A stretch of 64,000 nucleotides of DNA, taken from positions 8,018 through 72,017 of the forward strand of contig CALVHO010000040.1 in the NCBI GenBank assembly GCA_944328445.1, given 5' to 3'. Below, one piece after another: positions 18,316 through 26,838 of this stretch (position 1 is the stretch's first letter; every line of letters starts with the position of its first letter). The stretch comes from an uncultured Clostridia bacterium (GTDB lineage Bacteria; Bacillota; Clostridia; Christensenellales; Borkfalkiaceae). Below the pieces are notes generated by a model. It was not told where the DNA came from and searched no databases. It saw only the letters and a program-made list of their open reading frames with translations. The position numbers and the translations under genes are program-made.

Positions 18316-19649
18316 AAGAAGTGATCGACTATGCGAACAATCCCGACAAGACCACGGCGAAGGAATACCTTGACGAGGACTTGTATGCGGCAATTCGCTA
18401 TGTGGAGAACGATAACAAGACCGATCATACGGCATTCGTCACGGGCATCAACTGCTCCAAGCATAACGCTTATCACGAAATGGTTGCCGTAAAACGCCGC
18501 TTCGATAAGCGTGGGAAGAATATTGCCTATCACGGATACCAAAGCTTTGCCGAAGGTGAGGTTACTCCCGAAGAAGCGCATCAGATCGGCGTGGAAACCG
18601 CGCGGAAGATGTGGGGCGCGAAATACCAAGTGGTCGTCACCACCCATCTCAATACCGATAACATCCACAACCATTTTGTAATCAATAGCGTTTCTTTTAC
18701 CGACGGGAAGAAATTCCGCAACAGTATTGGCGACCGTTTGGAGCTTAGAAAGATCCCCGACGCTATCTGCGCCGAGCGAAGCAAATCGGTCATTCAAAGC
18801 CACAAATTTTATAGCAACAAGAAGGCGTATTGGGCGCAAAAGGCGGGACACGTTACCCACCGTGAAATGCTGCGGCGCGACGTGGAGGAAGCTTTATCAC
18901 AGTGCATCAACCATATTGAGTTTATGGCATATCTCAAAGCGCTTGGCTACACCTTTACGCGAAATTTTGATTATGAACATCCCGCCGTTATTTCGGCGGG
19001 GTGGTCACGCTCCGTTCGCCTTAGCAACTTGAATGACAAATATACGAAGGAAAATCTCTACAAGCGTTTTCGTTGGAATCACGATCATATGGAGCAGATC
19101 AAATACCGACCGCCGAAAATGAAGCGTAAGCCTATGCTTGATTTTGAACGTCAAATGCGAGAAGCGGCACAAATGGACGGGCTTCAACTCTTGTTTGCCA
19201 TTATCGTTGAGATGTTTAAGATCTGTACGGGCAATAACGTACAAGAAGCGGATAGCCGTCCCGTATCTCCGATGATAAGAACCGAGGCATCGAAAGCCGA
19301 CAAATATATGGAAGAATATTAGCTCTTGCGCGACCACTATATCGAGTCGCCGCAGGAGCTTTTGTCATTTCAGCAGAATACGGCGACTCGTATTGCCGAG
19401 TTAGATCAGAAACGTTATGAATTACGCTTACGGATTCGCCGCGTGAAAACGTCAGAGGAAGAAGCGTCACTCAAAGAACAATGCAAGGCGCTGACAAAGG
19501 AAATGACTCCCTTGCGCAAACAATTAAAGATTTCTCTGCGCATCGAACAGCACACCCCGCGTATCAAAGAATTGCTTGATGCCGAGCGAGAAATTGAACT
19601 AAAGAACAACGGATTTATCCAAAAGAAAGATAAAACAAGAACGAGGTAA
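18276..19649 (+). pseudogene. MOBP (MobA/VirD2-type) relaxase with in-frame amber stop at 19320-19322
   Basis: IDYANNPDKT, YHGYQSF, HLNTDNIHNHFVIN motifs; the frame continues after TAG (LLRDHYIES...) to 19649. Confidence 0.8.
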
Positions 19650-19655
19650 AATGAT

Positions 19656-20505
19656 ATGAAAAACACGAAAAATATATTGATTGAAAAATTACACGCATTT
19701 GAAAACCACCCTTACAAGGTGCAAGATAACGAGGAAATGGAACGACTTGCCGAAAGCATTCGTGAGCACGGCGTTCTATCTCCCATTATCGTTCGCCCCA
19801 AGGAGAACACCGAAGATGAATACGAGATCATATCCGGTCACAGACGGGTTATGGCAAGCAAGAAGGCAGGGATTACGGAAGTCCCTGCCTTAATCGTTTC
19901 TCTCGACCGTGATGCTGCGGCAATCGTATTGGTGGATAGCAACCTCCACCGCGAGCACATTCTGCCGAGCGAGAAAGCTTTTGCTTATAAGATGAAAGCG
20001 GATGCAATGGCTCATCAAGGTTGGAGGTCTGATTTAACTTCGTGCCAAGTTGGCGCGAAGTTGAGAACAGACGAGCAAATTGCCGCTGATACCAATGAAA
20101 GTGCAAGACAAGTCCAACGCTATATCCGTCTTACCAACCTTATCCCCGAAATCCTTGAATACGTGGACGAGGGGCGCATTTCCTTTACTCCCGCCGTGGA
20201 GCTTTCCTATCTCAATGAACAAGAGCAATACGACCTCTTGGAGCAGATGGAGATCAACGATTGCACTCCGTCGCTCTCGCAGGCTTGCCGCTTCAAGAAG
20301 ATCAGCTATGAGCAAGGCTTGACACCCGAAATCATTGCCGAGATTATGAGCGAGGAAAAGGCAAATCAGAAGGAGATGTTCAAGGTGCCGATGGATTCGA
20401 AAGTATATCCCCAAAGGCAATGCCAAACAAACCGAGGACTTCGTGCTGAAAGCCTGCGAGCATTACTACAAAGTCCTTCAGCGCAAAAAAGAGCGAAGCT
20501 TATAA
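19656..20505 (+). pseudogene. parB: ParB/Spo0J-family protein with a frameshift near the C-terminus
   Basis: LSPIIVRP, EIISGHRR, DSNLHRE; near 20395 the +1 frame gives IRKYIPKGNAKQTEDFVLKACEHYY...RSL-TAA(20503-05), followed directly by the next RBS. The track ORF to 20567 has an aberrant tail. Confidence 0.65.
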
Positions 20506-20517
20506 GGAGGACTGCCT

Positions 20518-20664
20518 ATGACCAAACGCCAAAAGATCGACGTTGCGCTCCCCGAAGAACTGCTTAATTCCTTTGTCAAAGCCTTAGTGCCTGAGATACG
20601 CGCGTTTTACGACAGCGACGAGGGCAAAACCTACTTTGAAAAGTGGCTCGCTAAGCATCCCTAA
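20518..20664 (+). CDS. Small 48-aa hypothetical protein upstream of the recombinase
   Basis: GGAGG RBS; MTKRQKIDVALPEELLNSFVKALVPEIRAFYDSDEGKTYFEKWLAKHP; below the ORF-track cutoff. Confidence 0.55.
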   Translation: MTKRQKIDVALPEELLNSFVKALVPEIRAFYDSDEGKTYFEKWLAKHP

Positions 20665-20677
20665 TACCAGAAAAAGC

Positions 20678-20704
20678 CACCCGATGCTCGCGCGTCGGGT
20701 GTTT
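20678..20704 (+). terminator. Possible terminator before the recombinase gene
   Basis: CACCCGATGC-TCGC-GCGTCGGGTG-TTT hairpin. Confidence 0.45.
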
Positions 20705-20774
20705 CCGTATCGGTACAATCGACTTATCAAGAGAAATAATTATAATTATATTAGGACGAATAGGAGGTATTACA

Positions 20775-22298
20775 ATGAACGTAGTAATATACGCTCGATT
20801 TTCAAGCCATAGTCAGACCGAGCAATCCATCGAAGGTCAGTTAAAGGTCTGTTACGAATATGCTGAATCTCACAATTACACCATTGTGGGTGAATATATC
20901 GACCGCGCACAAAGCGGTAAGTTTGATAACCGCGCCGATTTCCAAAGAATGATTGCGGATAGCGACAAGCATACCTTTGAGGGTGTGCTTGTCTATCAGC
21001 TTGACCGCTTTGCCCGTAACCGTTACGACAGCGCGATCTACAAAGCCAAGCTAAAGAAGAACGGAGTTAGGGTTATGTCCGCCAAAGAGAATATCTCGGA
21101 CGATGCGTCGGGTATTCTTATCGAGGGCGTTCTTGAAAGTATGGCGGAATACTATTCCGTAGAGCTTGCACAGAAGATTAACCGAGGTATGGCAATCAAC
21201 GCAGAGAAATGTCTATCCAACGGCAGCAATCCCGGACTTGGTTACAAGGTAAACAAAGACCGCACCTTTTCGGTTGACGAGGAAGAAGCGGCAATCGTCC
21301 GCGAAATCTACGAGCGTTATGCAAGTGGTGAAACCAAAGCCGATATTGTCAAGGACTTGCAACGAAGGAAGGTCAAGACTTCAATCGGTAACGAGTTTAC
21401 CTGCAACAGCCTCAGCCATCTTCTTAAGAACAAACGCTATATCGGCATATATTTATACAAAGGAGTTGAAACGCCCGGTGGAATGCCGCGTATTATGGAC
21501 GACGACTTATTCTATCGGGTACAAGCGCTTATGAACAAGAACAAATCCGCACCCGCGCGGACTCGCGGCGAAAACGAATATCTATTGACAACCAAGCTTT
21601 TCTGCGGTCATTGCAAGGAAATGATGGTCGGCTACGGCGGCACGGGCAAGTCTGGCAGACAGTACCATTATTACAAGTGCAAGAACTCTCGCAAAAACAA
21701 ATGCGATAAGAAGGTTGTCGGCAAGGAGTATATTGAAAACCGCGTAATCGAGGTGTGTCTGCAAATACTCACCGACGATAAGATACGCTATATTGCCAAG
21801 CGTGTTGCGGAGGAATGCAACAAGAGTCCCGACAACCTTTCGATAAAGGAAATTAAGAAAGCCATCAAAGAGGTCGATACCGCGATTGAGAACCTTTGGA
21901 AAGGTATTGAGCAAGGACAAGCGGTTGATATGCTGACCGAGCGTTTGAACCGTCGCCAAGCCGAGAAAGCGGAATTAGAAGCGCAGCTCGCCATTGAGAA
22001 TAACAAGAAGATCTGTCTGACCGAAGCGCAGATATACGCCTTTCTCGATTTTATCTGTGAAATGCCGATGGACGACGTCAATAAGCGCAGAGCACTCATA
22101 AACATCTTCGTACACTCGATCTATCTGTACGATGACCATTTCACTATAATCATCAACGCAAGCAAGAAGCCTTTGAGCATTGACAATATCCCGCTTGACG
22201 AGATTGAAGAAGCTTTTGAAGGCGAAAATGAAGGAAAGGAGGGGTGTTCGTCTATGACGACACCTGCTCCACCAGCTTGGCGGCAAAGCGCCGTCTGA
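20775..22298 (+). CDS. Large serine recombinase (resolvase + recombinase + Zn ribbon)
   Basis: VIYARFSS catalytic Ser, LVYQLDRFARN, GYKVNKD, LFCGHC...YYKC...C zinc ribbon, coiled coil. Confidence 0.92.
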   Translation: MNVVIYARFSSHSQTEQSIEGQLKVCYEYAESHNYTIVGEYIDRAQSGKFDNRADFQRMIADSDKHTFEGVLVYQLDRFARNRYDSAIYKAKLKKNGVRVMSAKENISDDASGILIEGVLESMAEYYSVELAQKINRGMAINAEKCLSNGSNPGLGYKVNKDRTFSVDEEEAAIVREIYERYASGETKADIVKDLQRRKVKTSIGNEFTCNSLSHLLKNKRYIGIYLYKGVETPGGMPRIMDDDLFYRVQALMNKNKSAPARTRGENEYLLTTKLFCGHCKEMMVGYGGTGKSGRQYHYYKCKNSRKNKCDKKVVGKEYIENRVIEVCLQILTDDKIRYIAKRVAEECNKSPDNLSIKEIKKAIKEVDTAIENLWKGIEQGQAVDMLTERLNRRQAEKAELEAQLAIENNKKICLTEAQIYAFLDFICEMPMDDVNKRRALINIFVHSIYLYDDHFTIIINASKKPLSIDNIPLDEIEEAFEGENEGKEGCSSMTTPAPPAWRQSAV

Positions 22299-22579
22299 CA
22301 GGTACGGGCCATTCGGCCCGTGCCTTTGTCTTGGCGCTTGCCGCCTGCGCCGTCTTTCGCAAAAAGTTTTGGGCTGCGCCCAAATACGTTTTTGCGAGGC
22401 TGAGGACAAAAAGTATTATTTTAGTTTTTTAAGGTAGATATTATGGTGGCAAAGCGCCGTCTGACAGGCACGGGCCATTCGGCCCGTGCCTTCGTCTTGG
22501 CGCTTGCCGCCTGCGCCTCCTTTCGCAAAAAGTTTTGGGCTTACGCCCAAATACGTTTTTGCGAGGCTGAGGACAAAAG
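22279..22579 (+). repeat. Tandem ~135-bp direct repeat (22279-22413 and 22445-22579)
   Basis: GGC(G/T)GCAAAGCGCCGTCTGACAGG...GAGGCTGAGGACAAAAG occurs twice with few mismatches. Confidence 0.9.
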
Positions 22580-22624
22580 CAATCGCTGTCATCCCGAACC
22601 TGACGCAAGGCGCCCTGGCGAGCG

Positions 22625-23215
22625 TTTGCGAATGTAGAATGTAAAGTGTAGAGTGTAGAATTTAGGACAAACCTTATGTCCTCCCGAGCCGCCGCCGAGG
22701 GGGCTCATCGCGGGCTTTGCTATGGGCGGGCGAGTGAGATCCTTCGACTGCGCTTCGCTCCGCTCAGGATGACAAGGGGCGCCCACCCCTACCGTCATCC
22801 CGAGCTTGTCGAGGGATCTCATTGTCGAGCTCTGCCGAATGTAGAATGTAAAATGTAAAATGTAGAGTGTAGAATTGAGGATACACTTTATGTCATCCCG
22901 AGCCGCCACCGAGGGATCTCATTTCTATAAATATGACCAAAGCTCTCACGAAAAATCGCAGGGCGAAGCCCGAGATTTTTGTGAAGAAAGCGGCGGAGCC
23001 GAGGCGGAAGCGAGCGGCCGCCCGCACGGGCGGCCGTGAGAAACCAGCCTCGGGCGGAGCCGCCGTCGAGGGATCTCATTGTCGAGCTCTGCCGAATGTA
23101 GAATGTAAAATGTAAAGTGTAGAATTTAGGACAAACCTACTGTCATCCCGAGCCTTTTGTGAAAGAAAAACGGCCGCCCGTGCGGGCGGCCGAAAAACTT
23201 GCCGCGGGCGGGGTG
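22625..23215. repeat. Composite repeat locus: three heptamer arrays + REP-like palindromes
   Basis: GAATGTAGAATGTA(A/G)A(A/G)TGTAGA... arrays ending AATT(G/T)AGGA; GTCATCCCGAGC..GAGGGATCTC units. Confidence 0.9.
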
Positions 23216-23267
23216 CAAAGATGCGCCCTGCCCGCGGTCCCCTCCGCTTGCAGAGAGGGCAAGACCC

Positions 23268-24173
23268 TCAGAAGCGGAAAGGAGTGACCTGGTATACGTA
23301 ATAGTTGAGCCAGTTGGTGTAAAAGAGGTTGGCCGCGCCCGACCAGGTGACGCGCACGCGGGTGTGCGTGTCGTCGGTAAAGTAGTTGTACGGCGGGCGG
23401 ATGGGCAGGCCCTTGGCCACGTCTCGCTCGTATTCCTTTTTGAGGGTGTCGCGGTCGTACTCCATGTGGCCGGTCAGAAAGATCTTTTTGTTGTCCTTCG
23501 ACTTGGCGATCGAAAGGCCCGTCGCCTCCGTTTCGCTGAGCACGATGAGGTCCTCCGTGCGGCGCACGTCCTCCATGTCGACGGCGGTGTGCCGCGAATG
23601 GGGCATGAAGAACACGTCGTCCATGCCCTTGAAGAGGGGCTCGTGCCGCTCGGGGTCGACGGCGTGCGGGAAGATGCCGAACAGCTTTGTGGGCAGCAGG
23701 TGTTTGCGGACGCCGTAGTGGTAGTACAGCGCGGCCTGCGCCCCCCAGCAGATGTAGATGGTGCTGGTCACGTTGCGGTCGGCAAAGTCGAAGATCTTTG
23801 TCAGTTCCTGCCAGTACGCCACCTCTTCAAAGGGCATGGTCTCCACGGGCGCGCCCGTGATGATCATGCCGTCGAAGTGCTTGTCCTTGATGTCGTCGAA
23901 CTTTTTGTAAAAGCGCTCCAAATGCGCGGCCGCCGTGTTCTTGCTCTTGTACGACTCGGTGTACACGAGCGTGACGTTGACTTGCAGCGGCGAATTGGAC
24001 AAGAGCCGCATGAACTGCGTTTCTGTTTCCACCTTGGTGGGCATGAGATTCAAAATGGCGATCTCCAACGGGCGGATGTCCTGCGTGAAGGCGCGTTCGT
24101 CGCTCATCACGAAGATGTTTTCATGCTGCAAGGCGGAATAGGCGGGAATGTCTTTGGAAATGACGATGGGCAT
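23268..24173 (-). CDS. metA: Homoserine O-acyltransferase, predicted acetyl-specific
   Basis: ILNLMPTK, GAPVE (Glu predicts acetyl-CoA use), ICWGAQA, PHSRHT, GHMEYD; start set at MPIVI after a GAGGT RBS. Confidence 0.92.
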   Translation of the reverse strand: MPIVISKDIPAYSALQHENIFVMSDERAFTQDIRPLEIAILNLMPTKVETETQFMRLLSNSPLQVNVTLVYTESYKSKNTAAAHLERFYKKFDDIKDKHFDGMIITGAPVETMPFEEVAYWQELTKIFDFADRNVTSTIYICWGAQAALYYHYGVRKHLLPTKLFGIFPHAVDPERHEPLFKGMDDVFFMPHSRHTAVDMEDVRRTEDLIVLSETEATGLSIAKSKDNKKIFLTGHMEYDRDTLKKEYERDVAKGLPIRPPYNYFTDDTHTRVRVTWSGAANLFYTNWLNYYVYQVTPFRF

Positions 24174-24185
24174 AAAATACCTCTG

Positions 24186-24404
24186 GTTCACGAAATTTTT
24201 TCAAAAGAGATGAAAAAATTTCCGTGATTTGAAAGACAACCGAATGTTCGCCGCGATAATACGCGGCTCTGCATTCGTTTTTCTCTCTGCGGCGCGCGCC
24301 AAATGCTCTCGATCATAAGCGCGCCGCATTCACTCTTTCCTTATAAGCCGCAAGTTTGCGGCAAATTGGGTGCGCTTAGGCAAAAGTGTGATTTTGCCAC
24401 GCGC
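24186..24404 (-). repeat. Five-hairpin structured repeat, copy 3
   Basis: Reverse complement aligns module by module with 36500-36714 and 58524-58747. Confidence 0.8.
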
Positions 24405-24479
24405 GATAGGATCCTTTTAAGCGGGCGAAAATTCACCCTCTTCCCCTACACCGCTCGTGCGGCGTCGTACGATCCTTGC

Positions 24480-25751
24480 TTACACCTTTGCAAGAGCCTG
24501 TTCGAGGTCGGCGATGATGTCCTCGGGGGCCTCGATGCCGACGGAGAGGCGCACGAGGTTTTCGGGCACGCCCGCCTCTTCGAGCTCCGCTTTGGTGAGC
24601 TGGCGGTGGGTGGTCGACGCGGGGTGCAGCACGCAGCTGCGCACGTCGGCCACGTGCGTTTCCTGGGTGATCAGTTGCAGCGCCTCCATAAAGCGCGCGG
24701 CCTGCTTCACGTCCCCTTTGATGCCGAAGCTGAGCATGCCGCCCTGCCCCTTGGGCATGTACTTTTCGGCCAGGGCGTGGTACTTGTTACCGGGCAGCGA
24801 GGCGTGCCAGACCCAATCGATCTTGGGATGCGCGGCGAGGTAGGCGGCCACCTTCTGCGCGTTGGAGGAATGCCGCTCCATGCGCAGCGCCAGCGTGTCG
24901 GCGCCCAGCCAGCTCAAAAAGGCGTTCTGCGGGCTCATCATGGCGCCCATGTCGCGCATCATCTGCGCGCGGCACTTGGTGGCGAAGGCGGCCGCGGGCA
25001 GGTCGGCATAGACGAGGCCGTGGTAGCTCTCGTCGGGCTCGTTGAACGAGGGATAGCGCGGGTTGCCCTTGAAGGGGAACTTGCCGCCGTCGACGATCAT
25101 GCCGCCGAGCGCCGCCGCGTGGCCGTCCATGTACTTGGACGTGGAATGGATGACGAGGTCCGCCCCCCACTCGAAGGGACGGCACAGCACGGGCGTGGCC
25201 AGCGTGTTGTCCACCGCGAACAGCACGCCGTGCTTTTTGGCGATGCCCGACAGCTTTTCAAAGTCCAATACCTTGATGGAGGGGTTGGCCACCGTTTCGC
25301 CGAAGATGAGCTTCGTCCTGCCGTCGACGAGCTTTTCGATCTCCTCCGCGGGCGCGTCGGGGTCGAAAAAGCGGGTCTCGATGCCGAGCTTGGGCAGCGT
25401 GACGGCAAAGAGGTTGAAGGTGCCGCCGTAGATGGCCGAGGAGGAGACGATGTTGTCCCCCGCGCCGCAGACGGTAAAGGCCGTGAGCGTGGTGGCGGCC
25501 ATGCCCGAGGAGCAGCCGATGCCCGCCACGCCACCTTCCAGAGCGGCCACCTTGCCTTCAAAGGCGGCGACGGTGGGGTTGGCAAGGCGGGTGTAGAAGT
25601 AGCCGTCCGCTTTGAGGTCGAACAGGTCGGCCATGTCCTGCGTCTTTTCGTAAAAATAGGTCGTGCTCTGCGAGATCGGCGGGATGCGCTCCTCGCCGGA
25701 CTTGGGGCGGTAGCCCCCCTGCACGCAGATGGTGTCCGTTTTGTATGCCAT
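24480..25751 (-). CDS. metY: O-acetylhomoserine sulfhydrylase (PLP)
   Basis: YTRLANPT, ETVANP, VDNTLATP, HSTSKY PLP lysine, HPASTTHRQL. Confidence 0.9.
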   Translation of the reverse strand: MAYKTDTICVQGGYRPKSGEERIPPISQSTTYFYEKTQDMADLFDLKADGYFYTRLANPTVAAFEGKVAALEGGVAGIGCSSGMAATTLTAFTVCGAGDNIVSSSAIYGGTFNLFAVTLPKLGIETRFFDPDAPAEEIEKLVDGRTKLIFGETVANPSIKVLDFEKLSGIAKKHGVLFAVDNTLATPVLCRPFEWGADLVIHSTSKYMDGHAAALGGMIVDGGKFPFKGNPRYPSFNEPDESYHGLVYADLPAAAFATKCRAQMMRDMGAMMSPQNAFLSWLGADTLALRMERHSSNAQKVAAYLAAHPKIDWVWHASLPGNKYHALAEKYMPKGQGGMLSFGIKGDVKQAARFMEALQLITQETHVADVRSCVLHPASTTHRQLTKAELEEAGVPENLVRLSVGIEAPEDIIADLEQALAKV

Positions 25752-25853
25752 GGTTCGTTCTCCTTGCCGAAAAATTTTTCCGATCCTTTCGGGAACGCGC
25801 CCGCCTTTTTATGCGGCCGTTCCCCCTCTTGTCCGCGCGGACCGAAGGCCCGT

Positions 25854-26309
25854 TCACGTATATTCCTTGATCCTGCGCTCGGCCTCGCGTTTGAGGTCCT
25901 TTTCTTTGAGGGCCTGCTTTTTGTCGTAGGTGTGCTTGCCGCGGCAGAGCGCCACCTCCGCCTTGACGAGCGCGCCCGAAAAATAGACCTTCAACGGCAC
26001 GAGGGTGTAGCCCTTTTCGTTGACTTTGCCGCAGATCTTGGCGATCTCCGCCTTGTGCAGGAGCAATTTGCGGTCGCGGCGCGCGTCGCGGGTGTTGAAG
26101 GCGCCGCTCTTGTCGTAGACGGCGATGTGCATGTTTTTGATGATGACCTCGCCGCCGCGGACGAAGCAAAAGCTGTCGGAAAGGTTGCAGTTCCCGCGGC
26201 GGATGGACTTGACTTCGCTGCCTTCGAGCACGATGCCCGCCTCGAACTTTTCTTCGATGAAATATTCAAACGACGCCGATTTGTTGAGCGCGACGATCTT
26301 TACCGCCAT
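25854..26309 (-). CDS. smpB: SsrA-binding protein
   Basis: EAGIVLEGSEVKSIR, RDRKLLLHK, RGKHTYDKKQ. Confidence 0.95.
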   Translation of the reverse strand: MAVKIVALNKSASFEYFIEEKFEAGIVLEGSEVKSIRRGNCNLSDSFCFVRGGEVIIKNMHIAVYDKSGAFNTRDARRDRKLLLHKAEIAKICGKVNEKGYTLVPLKVYFSGALVKAEVALCRGKHTYDKKQALKEKDLKREAERRIKEYT

Positions 26310-26821
26310 GTCTCTTCTCCCCGAAGCAGGCCGTACAGGCAGCTGTCGTGCAACCGATCGTTTTTCCAGACGCTCCTGCGCAGAGCCCCTTCCTGCACAA
26401 ACCCGCACTTTTCCAGCACCCGCCGTGAAGCGGCGTTGTCCGCAAACGGCTCGGCGAAGATGCGGCAGATATCCCACCGCGCAAACCCTTCTTTGCACAG
26501 GCGCGACGCGGCTTCCGTCATGATGCCGCGGCCCCAGTACGCGGGCGCCAGCCAGTAGCCCAGTTCCGCGCTTTTACGGTATACGTCGTCCTGTTTTTCG
26601 AGCGAAACGCCTCCCACGGCGCGCCCTTCCACGACGATCGCGCGCAGCAGCGTGTGCGCCTCGTCCGCGCCCGCGGCGAAGGCGATGAACCCGTCCGCAT
26701 CGGCGCGCGTATACGGGTGCGGGAAAGCGTCCCGCAGCCACGCGGCGATGCGGCCGTCGGCCGCGTTCTCCGCCAGCGAAGGCGCAAGCGCGGCGTTCCA
26801 CCGTTCCAAAGAAAATTCCAT
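26300..26821 (-). CDS. GNAT acetyltransferase (RimJ/RimL-like)
   Basis: AELGYWLAPAYWGRGIMTEA, NAASRRVLEKCGF. Confidence 0.88.
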   Translation of the reverse strand: MEFSLERWNAALAPSLAENAADGRIAAWLRDAFPHPYTRADADGFIAFAAGADEAHTLLRAIVVEGRAVGGVSLEKQDDVYRKSAELGYWLAPAYWGRGIMTEAASRLCKEGFARWDICRIFAEPFADNAASRRVLEKCGFVQEGALRRSVWKNDRLHDSCLYGLLRGEETWR

Positions 26822-26838
26822 CGCGATCCCTCCGCGGA

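Larger units (their letters stand above)
1..22274. mobile_element. Integrative mobilisable element (right part; left end outside window) with defence cargo and RdRP-like polymerase
   Basis: Large serine recombinase at the right edge, MOBP relaxase + mobC + oriT-like hairpins, ParM/ParB, tnpV, Cys-rich VLP gene; visibly AT-richer than the GC-rich DNA after ~22.3 kb; no VirB4/T4SS genes in the window. Confidence 0.85.

Noticed and set aside
22625-23215. CRISPR array or IS element
   Set aside because: Same irregularity; no transposase ORF, terminal inverted repeats or target duplication seen.
24186-24404. Methionine-specific riboswitch upstream of metA
   Set aside because: The same structure occurs antisense between pgk/tpiA and proS/sigK, so it is a dispersed repeat, though a local effect on metA is not excluded.
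22275-25853. tmRNA (ssrA) gene downstream of smpB
   Set aside because: No GGGG..GGATTCGAC 5' end or tag-peptide frame is recognisable; only a 9-nt 3'-end-like motif on the opposite strand at 22266.
25752-25853. SAM or T-box riboswitch upstream of metY
   Set aside because: The region is only ~100 nt with generic hairpins and lacks SAM-I core and T-box consensus sequences.
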